Part shown: piece after piece, positions 47,961 to 57,996 of the stretch | Numbering within the stretch: position 1 is the stretch's first letter | How the letters are laid out: each line of letters starts with the position of its first letter | Assembly: GCA_036867785.1 (NCBI GenBank) | Contig: CP145419.1 | Span: 930,001 to 994,000 of the forward strand | Length of the DNA stretch: 64,000 bases | Source: Plasmodiophora brassicae | Taxonomy: Eukaryota | Direction of reading: 5' to 3' | Position numbers and translations under genes: made by a program | The notes under the pieces: generated by a model | What the model was told of the DNA's origin: nothing | The model's input: only the letters and a program-made list of their open reading frames with translations | The model's database searches: none

Positions 47961-48728
47961 TCAAGCGTCAGTTCTGTTTCGCGCGTGATCACGCACGGAA
48001 GCGTGGTCCAATTCACCATCGTTCCCGGCGACCATACTGATGCTCCGTCTTCCACACACAACCAACTCGTCAAAGAGAAGACGTTTCGACGTCCACTCGT
48101 TGATGACGCATGTGACCTGTCCCATGGGGTTGATCTCCTTGCCACGGAACGATCCTTTTCTGGAGCGGGGGCGCCATTTGAGGAATTGCCCGTCGAACGT
48201 GCGCCCGTCGGCCAGCGTAACTCGTCCGCGACCATCCAGCAGGTTTTCACGCCATTGCCCTTCCAGGATCTGTCCTTCTTTATCAGTCCACCTGCCTTGT
48301 CCACGGGCGACATTGTCGACAAAGTGCCCTTCGTATTGACAACCATCTGCATGATTGGCGACTCCGAATCCGAACAGCCGGCCTTGCTTGAATCTGCCAC
48401 GATAGCTGGACGATCCGTCCCTGGAAATCATTTCGCCTTCCCCATGTAGGATCCCGTTCTGCCACTGTCCCGTCAATGTCATTATGGCAGAGGTGTACCA
48501 CCCGTGCCCGTGGGCAACAATATTGTCGCCGACCCCAAACCGCTGGACGACATCGCCGATGTAGGTCGCCCCAGTATCGTTGTTGACCCAGCCGGCTCCC
48601 ACACGATGCCACTGACCGTCAACGGTCAGAACATGAGGCGGTGTATCTCCTACACCGTGCGCCCCGACAATGGTCGTAACGGCGACAGAAACCGTTGCGA
48701 GGACCGCAACGACGTGTTCAATGCCCAT
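47961..48728 (-). CDS. Secreted MORN-repeat protein, paralog 8
   Basis: Signal MGIEHVVAVLATVSVAVTTIVGA and MORN units GQWQNGILHGEG and YEGHFVDNVARGQG. Confidence 0.88.
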   Translation of the reverse strand: MGIEHVVAVLATVSVAVTTIVGAHGVGDTPPHVLTVDGQWHRVGAGWVNNDTGATYIGDVVQRFGVGDNIVAHGHGWYTSAIMTLTGQWQNGILHGEGEMISRDGSSSYRGRFKQGRLFGFGVANHADGCQYEGHFVDNVARGQGRWTDKEGQILEGQWRENLLDGRGRVTLADGRTFDGQFLKWRPRSRKGSFRGKEINPMGQVTCVINEWTSKRLLFDELVVCGRRSISMVAGNDGELDHASVRDHARNRTDA

Positions 48729-48951
48729 TGGACAACCCGGAACTAACAGGCGATGGTACGTACGCAAGGGTGGCTGTTTCCATTTCTGGGTCCAACCAGT
48801 CTGACTGTCGGTGGCACCCCGCACCCACTGGCCACTGCCCGATTCGCTATTTCTGGTCTCCCTCGACGGATCACAGTCTCCGGAAGTTCATCCGTCCCTG
48901 AAAAGGTAGCACCGATACGGTACATCTACCGTAGCACGCTTACTGTAGTCC

Positions 48952-49007
48952 AGCAATGGACACAGCGTCGTTCCTTGTAGCAATGGACACAGCTTCGTTT
49001 CTTGTAG
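48952..49007. repeat. 27-nt tandem repeat, two copies
   Basis: agcaatggacacagcgtcgttccttgt followed by agcaatggacacagcttcgtttcttgt. Confidence 0.85.
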
Positions 49008-49199
49008 TATATATTATAAGAGAAAAGCCATGGCATACCATGATGGTGTCGAACAAACGATGGCGTTAGGTGGTGGACACCTATGGAATGGGCGAGAAGC
49101 CTTCGGGTAACTTCATTGGGCCGAAGTCGGCACGACCGCGACCGTCGTATGTGAGCATCCATTCCGGCGAACAGTTAGTTGGTCACAAGCGTGACATCA

Positions 49200-49700
49200 C
49201 GAGATATCCGACAGCTCCAGCTGACGCGATATTGCCAGACGGGAGGTCGGTGGCTGATGGTCAGCAAGGCAGTGCCGAGCTCTTTTGCACGCGTGCATAG
49301 CAGATGCTCGACGTCGACGCTGACAGCGCTACAGGTTTCACGCGTCAGAAATGGCAACAGTACAGTATAATTTAGGCCGGAATTGCTTACCTACATAGGT
49401 AGTCGACTCGCCGAGAATGGCAAACTTGGGGTGGTGGTAAAACAGACGAGATATTGCGATACGTTGCAGCCGACCGACCTCCTTCGAATACCACGACGGC
49501 ACCGCAATCTATCCGACGTCATGGGATCCGCAGACTTGTTTGCTGCAACGCGCTGCCTATATTGATCAGACGCGTGGCATTCGCCAGGAACGCCGCGTCC
49601 ACAGCAGCGACCGACGGTTTCCTCCTCCTGGCCGCCGCGCCCGTCACCTTTGCGCTTGCTGGCGGCGACGACGGGCCGCGCCGGCCACCACAAGAGCGGT
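49200..49700 (-). pseudogene. Internally deleted peroxisomal ABCD transporter fragment
   Basis: N-terminal-type KPSVAAVDAAFL and IAVPSWYSKEVG run straight into NBD-type QRIAISRLFYHHPKFAILGES. After a GT-AG intron (about 49390-49330) comes AVSVDVEHLL...LLTISHRPPVWQY. Confidence 0.78.
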
Positions 49701-49931
49701 CACGACCACGGCGCCCGGCTCCCGCGACCTGCCATCGTACGTAGACGCGGCGGCGCGGCAACCGTCGACCAAATCGGCCGACTGTACACAGCCAACGAGA
49801 CGCGATGTCATCACCTCATCGGCCACGTCGATTTGAGGGCATCCAACGGCGTTCTTCCCATTTGCTCTACAAATTGCCCCGCCGCTGTGCTCGGACGTAT
49901 GTTTTGATCCCGCGGGACGAATCAAACGCGC

Positions 49932-50220
49932 TGTGCAGCACTGGCTGTCACGCGCCAACTTATTCGAGATGTTCACGCATCTGGAAATGATACAGAAACA
50001 GCAGGATGACGAGGCGGCAAGAATATTGCAGGATGACGAGGCGGCAAGAATATTGCTGAATTGAGAAGGCGCGGATCAACGTAGTCGCTCCAGTGCTTGC
50101 CCTTGCGAACAAGGGTAGGTAGACACTATTCTTGCCGCCTCGTCATCCTGCCGTATCTGTATCATTTCCATATGCGTGAACATCTCGAATAAGTTGGCGC
50201 GTGACAGCCACGGCTGCACA
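49932..50220. repeat. 97-bp inverted repeat with an internal 27-nt tandem duplication
   Basis: 49932-50028 is the reverse complement of 50124-50220 with about six mismatches. 50001-50027 is repeated at 50028-50054. Confidence 0.92.
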
Positions 50221-50229
50221 TCGGAAACC

Positions 50230-50940
50230 GTCGTGTTCTTCACGGTTTCGTCCCATTTTGACAAGGGAATCCATAGCATCACGATCGCCGCCGAACGCCT
50301 GCAGTTTCCCCTTCCGCAGAGGACGGTGCAATAATGGCTTCTGAATTCTGCAGTCAGAGAATTGGTCGGACAGCATGCGTGTGACCTATATCATAGTTAT
50401 ATAGAGGAAAAGGAGCTCGTAATCCCCATTTACCATTGGAAACGGAAGGGAATACTTCCCCAGGTTCAGTATGTACGACATCTGTTCGGGCGTCAAATCC
50501 CATTGGTCATTTACAATTGCAGTCGCAGGCGATGAGACCTCCACAAGGTGGTTGTGTGACCTGTCCCTCTTGACGACGTATCTCCGTCGTCCAAAGTCAT
50601 ACGTGTTCATCGTACACGACGACTTCACTGATCGATCAGCTTTTCCTGACTCGGTCTTAAAGTTACAGTATCGGTCACCTGACGATGGCTTATGAGTATA
50701 AACCAACGAAGCAGTTAATGAACTACAATAACCAACCACGCGCCCAGGCTCCTTCTGTCCGAACAGCTCTACAGAGCGGGATGCCTTGGCGAACGTCTTG
50801 AACTTTATGATGATCTGTGACGAACTTCAATATATTTGTACTTGGATCCACGGTTCGTTAGACTTACACTCTTGGCGAACCCTTCAATGAAATTCTTCAG
50901 TTCGAGTTGGGTTTCAAACTCCATCCCCAGAGCAGGGGCG
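50230..50940 (-). mobile_element. Mutator-like (MULE/FAR1) transposase N-terminal remnant
   Basis: APALGMEFETQLELKNFIEGFAKS resembles the start of a FAR1 DNA-binding domain, followed by YC...SSC...RSHNH (C-C-HxH zinc motif). The frames are broken and no DDE core is visible. Confidence 0.6.
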
Positions 50941-51402
50941 CCACAGACAGCATCTTGACAGGTGTCGCCCCGTCATCAACGTCAATGCCAATCGCGGTAG
51001 ATCCGTAAACGTCTTGGCGGCCTCGTCAATGCTCGCCATCTCGATCTCAACCAGATCAATGCTCGCCATCCACACACAGCTCAGAAGTGCGCCGCGCTGG
51101 TACCCGCAGTCCCGCACGCCGCGTGCGGAAAGCAACCGCTCGCCGGACGAATCGTATTTTTCGTCCCGCGGGACCAATCGGGGGCCCTCCGCAATTTTGA
51201 GTTTCCCCACGTCGACTTGAGGGCATCCCGCGACATTCTTCCCAATCGCTCTGCCATTGCCCCGCCGCTGTGCACGTCGACCTGGTTGGCCTTGGGCCCC
51301 GTGTCAGGCGATGAACTGTCCTGCTGATACTGCGCGTTTGGAGGGGGATTGCGGGTACGGTTTGCAATCGCGGCATGGCAGTCGATCGCCTGTGCCCGGC
51401 CC

Positions 51403-53749
51403 ATGCAACAGCGGGCGCCGATCCCGAGGCTGAGCACGGCGGATGCGAGACGGGAGCGGCAGCTGGCGTCGCGGTCGTCGAGCGTCAACGATGGGACGCC
51501 CAGGTCGGAACTCGACGGTTTGCCCGATGATGCACCCGGTGTTCTTACGGTCCCTTGTGTGTGCCAGGCACCTCCCATTCGCATCGATAAACTCAACTGT
51601 ATACTTGTCCACCGCTCGTCCAGGGTATATCAGGAAACCGCAGCACGCTCCAGTGAAGTACGTATAGGAGACTCTCTTCCATCCACGAACGTCGTGTCAT
51701 TCCTGTCAGCAGGGATGCGAACCCAGCGCTGTGCTCAACAATTTCGGGCATAAAACCGCCGCTGCTGCTCACGATCGAGGAGATGATCGATCGTGGCGTG
51801 AAGAACGATAGCGGGGCACCCAGCGAGCAGCGATTGAGCGTGTTCCGGGACGCGTTCGAATCGTTCCTGAACGGGTTCGGCCCGTACAAGGGCGTCCTGT
51901 CCAGGATAAAAGGTGAGTATCAGGCGTTGCTGGATCATTATGCCGAGCAAGTTCGGTACATCGCGCCGCTGAAGATGCGCCTGAAAACGATCAAGGCGGA
52001 TGCTGACGCGCACGTCGCGTCGGTGAAGATGAAGTTCCGAAGAGAAAAGGCATGCCGGACGACGTTTGAAAGCCTTGCTGGCATACACTCATAATGCCAT
52101 CAGGAGCAGTTGGAGATCTTTATCGCGGAGCAACAGAAACTTCGGGATGGTGATCAGAAGGCCATCGGCGAGTTGAAACAAGTGGTCGAGGCATTGAAAG
52201 CGGCAGTTTCCTCTGCGGAAACGCGTCTTGGAGACGAAACGACAAGTCGAAAGACGCTGTCGGACGCGCTGAAGCGTCACAAGGCAATGCTGGAGACATC
52301 GAACAGCGAGCGAATCAATCTGACGCGCGCTCTGTCGAACGCCAATCAAACCGCATCCGCTCAACAGGTACCCATCGCAACCTGCAACACGATGCGCTTC
52401 GGTAACGCTCCCGCAGGTCCTGTACCAAACAATCGTCGCCGATCTTGACGCTGCGAACCAGAAGATTGCCGCGCTAGAAGCCAGGCTCGACCTAGCGTCC
52501 AACGACCGGTTGACAGCCAACCTCAAGACGCTGTCGAAAAAGCATGATCGACTTCAGAAAGAGTTCAAGCATCTGCTCAACCTGTACGAACAAGCGACCA
52601 CGGAGCGATCCCGGCATGGTTACGACAACCTGGCGAGCCACGTCCCGCCTAGCCTGCCCGGTCTCGAAGGCACCCACGAGCCTGCTGATCAGCCTGGCAA
52701 CAGGTCGTCTATTCTTCCAACAGCTGCTGTTGCGCGCTTGATCGACGACCTCTGGAGCGAACCCTTTGACGACATTGATCGACGTGTCGAGTCTAGGTTG
52801 GCCGCCGTGTTCCCGAACGCCCAGGATTCCTTGTCAATCATGACGACGTTCCGCGCAAGCCTAGCACAACATCCCAGGTTCAGGCTCGTTCTTCACATCG
52901 TCGACAAGCGCCTGCCTCCACAAGCCTTCCTTGATTTTCGAGAGCAGTTGCATCGGTGCATGATTGCAATGGGCACGCTCGTCAGTGAGTCGTCGTCTTC
53001 CCCGACAGTTGGTACGCCTATTCCGCTGCGAGGTCGGTCCCGATCAATGTTGCCCGTTTGACGACAGGGCTAACTGCCCGATTAGCTATGTTTGAATTCA
53101 TCGACGAGTTCTTTGGGGAAACGCGCACCGACGTGCAACTCGCTGTGCTGAAAGACGCCGCACGACATGACACGTATCCGGCTGGGCACATCGTCTACCC
53201 GCCGGCGCTATTCGACCCCATACCGCTGGTTGAGGACCTGCCAAGGTACATGGCCGTGCTCGCCGAACAGTACATAGACTGCATCGAGACGTTCCAGCAC
53301 AAGTTCCTGAAGATCTGTCGATCGCTGGTATACCCGTGCAGGATTCTACTTGAAATATTGCCTAACGCCCCTTGACCGCAGGCTGATGACGGCGGAAGAT
53401 TAACCGTTGAGCACGTCGATCAAGCACTGGCTGAGGCAGACCCTGCCATGGTATCTGTTGCCGGCATTTTCCTACGTTGTGTACTCATTGGTGTCGTCAG
53501 AGTGCACCTACTCGGCAATCTGCGATAAAATCCCTTTTCACAGCCGATGAGCAGGACGAGATCGCGAAGGTCGGTCTGCATAGTTTGTAGCCGCGAATCT
53601 TGACCTGACCTCAGTGCCAGACAATCGGCATCACGGAGCTCGAGGTTACGTTGACGAGAACTCTAATCAAGCCGGTCGGCAAGGTTGCCGTCGACCCTGA
53701 CCTATACTCGCTGGGCATCGTTGCGAATGCGTCGACTACTGTTCCATAG
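51403..53749 (+). CDS. TSNAXIP1: TSNAXIP1-like coiled-coil (cilia-associated) protein
   Basis: SEQRLSVFRDAFESFLNGFGPYKGVLSRIKGEYQALL matches the TSNAXIP1 N-domain pattern and is followed by coiled-coil exons. Termini are tentative. Confidence 0.62.
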
Positions 53750-55474
53750 ACTGCCGAGCATCTCTAAACACTATTAGGGCACTCTCCGAAACGCAACGTG
53801 TTCATGTGGTTGTAAATGTCAGGCAGTCATGCTAGCGGGAAGGTCGCATTAAACCTGTACTGCGTCTCAGGGCATCCTGTGAGCACACGACGAGATGGTG
53901 TGTAATGAAAGCACTTCCACGAACCTTCGGTACAGGATTCAGCGGCAGCGCTTCCGGTACGACATCCTCTTGCTGTACTGAATAGACGCGCTCCCGCGCG
54001 CTGACTTGCCCGTTCGCTCTGACCTGACGTTGTTGATGACGCCGATCAGCATCGGGACCCGCCAGTATCTGCAGTCAGCTCGAGGCAACAAGAACGAGGA
54101 CTGATGTCAAGCCCAAGGACCTGGGCTTAAGGACTGAAATTGCCAAGTGTTCAGGCCCGCGTTGGGAACCGGTGTATGCACAGTGGTCTTCATCAGGTCG
54201 CCGAGATAATGCGGTTTCCGCATGACGTGTGTTCACCCACGGGTCATCTCATCAGTTCGAGCGAGAGGGCCCCAGTAATGCGGGAGAGACCGGGCGATTG
54301 CATGGGGCATCGCCCAGCGACCTGATGAACCTTGCAGGACGGTCCCCGACGTGTTGCGATACTACCAGGGCGCCGACACACTATCTTCAATATCGCACGC
54401 CTCAATCCCCAACAGAGGTACGTCGACAATGCTGGTGACGTCCACAGCCCGATGGCAACCGATCGGCTCATTAAGGATGGCCATGCCTTCGATAAGGTTT
54501 CGGCGCTGCTGTGCCATGGCGAAGGCACCCCTACGTAGGTTGAGGGTACGCCGTACGTCTTCCAGACCCGCGGCGCACTGCGTGTGTCGACCTACCGTAT
54601 TATACGGGCGTGCCCCTAATGTTCTGAAAGAGGGACGACGACGGACTCCGTGGCGGACTTCCCGGCAGTCCGGCAATCTCCTCGGCAAGTTGTCCATCGC
54701 GTGTTCATACAAGCCGCCTGGCCTCTCCCCATGGTCATGAGGGCATCCAAATCACGCGGATACTGACTGTCGCATTCATTAGCGTCCGTCGGCGTCTGTC
54801 TGCCATTCGCATGAATCAAGTGAAGGCGGCGCAGGGTGGCCGATGGGCCGTCGCTCAATGCGCACATATGGTCTCATTGGCGGCATGCTGTCGTGGCTTT
54901 GAGTCGAATGTTTGCATAGCAAACATCCGACTCAATGCCGCATTCACAGCGTCCATGGGCTAAGTCATCGATGCATTGTTCAAGGCTTCGATCGATGTTG
55001 ACTGGACGCAGACTAAGGAGAAACGGTGAAGGTTCCCAATCTTCACCTCAGACTGTGTGTACCCGCGCGCCTTGGGTTCGCTTCGGGTCTCCATACGGTC
55101 GCACATGTGTCGATCAGTGCGCCTCAGATGATGGAATCGTGCGCGCGCTTCCAGCTCTGAGGTTCACTGTCAGAGTCTTTCTGGCTGTGAACCTGCGTAT
55201 GCGTTGATGGGCAGCCAGTTGCCATGCTGTACCTGCAGCGTTAGTCGCGCATAATAACTCTGATTATCTCGTCGCTGCCCGGGATCTCTGCTGCCGGGCG
55301 GCTCCATTGCGATCAAACAGGGCGTCTCGTAACCTATATCGATGCAATACATTCATGCGTGCACATTTTCTGTTGTAGAAATCGGGAATACTGTGGTGAC
55401 GCCAGCCCAAGGTGACTAACTGTGGATGGTGTTTCTATACGCGACGAGACGACAACGCCTGCGACGGACAGCCA

Positions 55475-55708
55475 TGATCGACCGGGGTAATTAAGGAAGT
55501 GCACACCACCATCGCGATATCCTTTGTCAGCTGATACCATTTCCCCGGGTAGAAGACGAGGAACGAGGCATTGGCGAGCGATCTTGATGTGTGGCAAGAT
55601 CGCTCGCCAATGCCTCGTAGTCGTTCCTCGTCTTCTACCCGGGGAAATGGTATCAGGTGACAAGGGATATCGCGATGGTGGTGTGCCCTTCCTTACCCCG
55701 GTCGATCA
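55475..55708. repeat. Near-perfect fold-back (about 112-bp arms, 8-nt loop)
   Basis: 55475-55586 pairs with 55595-55708. Differences are about three substitutions, a 4-nt extra in the left arm and a 6-nt extra in the right arm. Confidence 0.95.
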
Positions 55709-55997
55709 CCCCGATAGCTTCACCTCCACTCAGCGTCGAATCATTCTCGAGCTAAAGCTCATACAGTCACGTAACGAGCATGTTAACAGGCGACTCGACG
55801 ATTTCGGCTTCTTGACGGGCATATTCCGGCACGCCCGCAGACCGCATCGAATCGCATGTGCTGCGTGCGCTACGCTGACCCAAGTGAATCTGGTTGCAGA
55901 GTCGCTGGTTGACACGCGTGCTTTGCTGCAGCGCCACTATTTCGTAATAGATTCGTCTAACGACACACATTCGCTACATATGGGCAGATTCGACTAA
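55595..55997 (+). mobile_element. PIF/Harbinger (DDE_Tnp_4-like) transposase C-terminal fragment
   Basis: LLPGEMVS(A/G)DKGY...QSRNEHVNRRLDDFGFLTGIFRH...H...CATLTQVNL. The N-terminal catalytic half is absent. Confidence 0.75.
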
Positions 55998-56221
55998 AGC
56001 CGGCAACCGCCAGGGCGTACACGTACTGCGCGCTTTTCGCGTTTCCCGCAGCTTCCGACCTGGGGCGGCGCAGGCTTCAGTTCACGGTCAGGAACTGGCG
56101 GTAGTAGGCAGGGGGCCGGGGACAATACTCCCAATCCGCCGTGCACGGTTAATAGGAGTACTACCCTTTGCTAGATATTAACCGTACGAACCGCCCCAGT
56201 GATCCACGAAGCCATTTGCCG

Positions 56222-57592
56222 ATGGCCTCGACGGACACCCTGTTCGTTGGTGTATGGAGCGTGATCCTTGCGTTGAACTGCCTGTGGCTGGTGGCGGCGG
56301 TTCTGCTTTGGAATCGCCGCTGCCTGGAACCGGTACGTAGTCGGCGCCCGCGCCTGCTGTTGGCCGTCGCGTACCTGTTCGTTCTGCTGGACCTGTGGGT
56401 ATGCCTCGGCACTGTCTTTATTGATCACGTGCCGATGGCTGTCAGCGGAATCATGAACGGTCTCTTCCTGGAAGGCACGCTGGAGACGTTCACCTTCTTC
56501 TGCTTCTCGCTCTACGTCGCCTACCGTCGCACGCTGAGTCAGATCAAGATCGGCGAGGACGCGTCCGACAACGCCCGACGCAAATGGATTGCCATCTCCA
56601 CCTGGCTTCTCAAAGACCATGTTGCCTTCATGTGGGTCGCCAACCAGGCCTTGATCCTTCTCGTCGTTCATCTCATCTACCTGGCGTATTATCCGCAGCT
56701 ATGGCATGTCTCCGTTCGCAGCGGAGTGGATGATCCTACCAGCGGCGCGTTTCGTAACATCGCAGCCTATCGCTCCATGGCCACTGCACTCATTGCCGTC
56801 ATCGTTTCCATTAACCTTCGAGGTGTCTCGGACGCGTTCGGAACCGTCGACATGATGAAGAGGACGGGCCTCGCTGGGCTGGTCGGACTGGTCATGTACG
56901 CTGGGCTTTACAAGACGATGGGGTCCATCTCCCCATTCGCCCTGCAGAGTCTGGTCGCGGTTATCGCGTGCAACGCCTGCCTGTGGTTCGTCATGGGTCG
57001 CCCGCTTCTGGACACCTACCGCCCTGTATCCGCTGTCTCGTTGAAGGATCCATCGAACCCTGAGCGCAACCTTGAAACCTTTGAGGATTTCCTGACGACG
57101 CCGAAAGGGTTTGCCGCGTTCCAGGAACATTTGCAGACGGAGTTCGCCGTTGAGTCGTTGCTGTTCTGGGCGGCCGTCCGCAAGTTCCGATGTGAGTTCA
57201 CGAGGGACGAGCGCGGGATGGCGGCCGCGCAGTTCATTTACGAAAGCTTCCTGACGCCAACTTCGCCACTGCAGGTCAACCTGCCATCGTCGTCGTTTCG
57301 GGAATTCGCTGCCATCTTCGAAAATGCGGCTGCGACAGGCCGTGTCAACGCAGACATGTTCAATGGGGCGTCCGACCAAATGCTGAAGCTGATGGAGGTC
57401 AACTCGTTGGCACGGTTCCAGAAATCCAGCAAAGGTCATATCTGGGCGGAATTCGACAGCAAGGCGCGCGCCCCGGTCCCTCTGTCGGATACGACCACCG
57501 ACGACATCATCATCCCAACCGCCGCGTTACACGGATCCAGCACGACGGCCATGGCGACGCGCCCGACCACTGTCCTCCAAATCGACCACTGA
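56222..57592 (+). CDS. 7TM-RGS protein (AtRGS1-like architecture), copy 1
   Basis: About seven hydrophobic helices with a PVRSRRPRLL motif, then an RGS box: FAAFQEHLQTEFAVESLLFW...IYESFLTPTSPLQVNL...LMEVNSLARF. Intronless. Confidence 0.92.
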   Translation: MASTDTLFVGVWSVILALNCLWLVAAVLLWNRRCLEPVRSRRPRLLLAVAYLFVLLDLWVCLGTVFIDHVPMAVSGIMNGLFLEGTLETFTFFCFSLYVAYRRTLSQIKIGEDASDNARRKWIAISTWLLKDHVAFMWVANQALILLVVHLIYLAYYPQLWHVSVRSGVDDPTSGAFRNIAAYRSMATALIAVIVSINLRGVSDAFGTVDMMKRTGLAGLVGLVMYAGLYKTMGSISPFALQSLVAVIACNACLWFVMGRPLLDTYRPVSAVSLKDPSNPERNLETFEDFLTTPKGFAAFQEHLQTEFAVESLLFWAAVRKFRCEFTRDERGMAAAQFIYESFLTPTSPLQVNLPSSSFREFAAIFENAAATGRVNADMFNGASDQMLKLMEVNSLARFQKSSKGHIWAEFDSKARAPVPLSDTTTDDIIIPTAALHGSSTTAMATRPTTVLQIDH

Positions 57593-57996
57593 TCCTATAC
57601 CGTCGTCACAAATGAAACTTGGTGTATCGTCCCGACTCGAACGCCTGGGCAGGACCCAGACCAACGTTATTGCCGAGGCCGCATAGTGCAGCGGAATAAT
57701 CCAGTTGCCCTGAGGGCCACATAGCCCGATGGTACGTATTAGGCACCACCGCCAAGAATGGTCCATGCCCGACAGGTTCATGCGGGAGTGCCCCGCATCC
57801 GTACTGCAGTCGTAAAGTGCGGCGCAACGCAGTGCAAGTCGTCACACGAACGCACGCGAACGGCTCCGCGACCGTGTCGCTGTGGGCCATGTTAAGTCTC
57901 TGCCTGACAGCCAGTCACACGGAGAGCCCGACAGCCGTCGACTTTGGCTATGCAGACGCGTCGTTCTAGAACGCGGCCACATTGAATCGAGAATCG

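Noticed and set aside
23738-48728. RxLR-dEER translocation motif in the MORN proteins
   Set aside because: The linkers are Arg/Pro-rich, but no consistent RxLR occurs across paralogs.
23738-48728. MORN genes as PIP5K or junctophilin fragments
   Set aside because: No kinase domain or C-terminal TM anchor follows, and each ORF is self-contained with its own signal peptide and stop.
48952-50054. 27-nt direct repeats as a CRISPR-like array
   Set aside because: There are only two adjacent copies each, with no spacers and no cas genes, in a eukaryotic context.
53800-55450. Short ORFs between the TSNAXIP1-like gene and the Harbinger fragment
   Set aside because: I could not derive a coherent exon chain or motif. 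It may be degraded repeat DNA.
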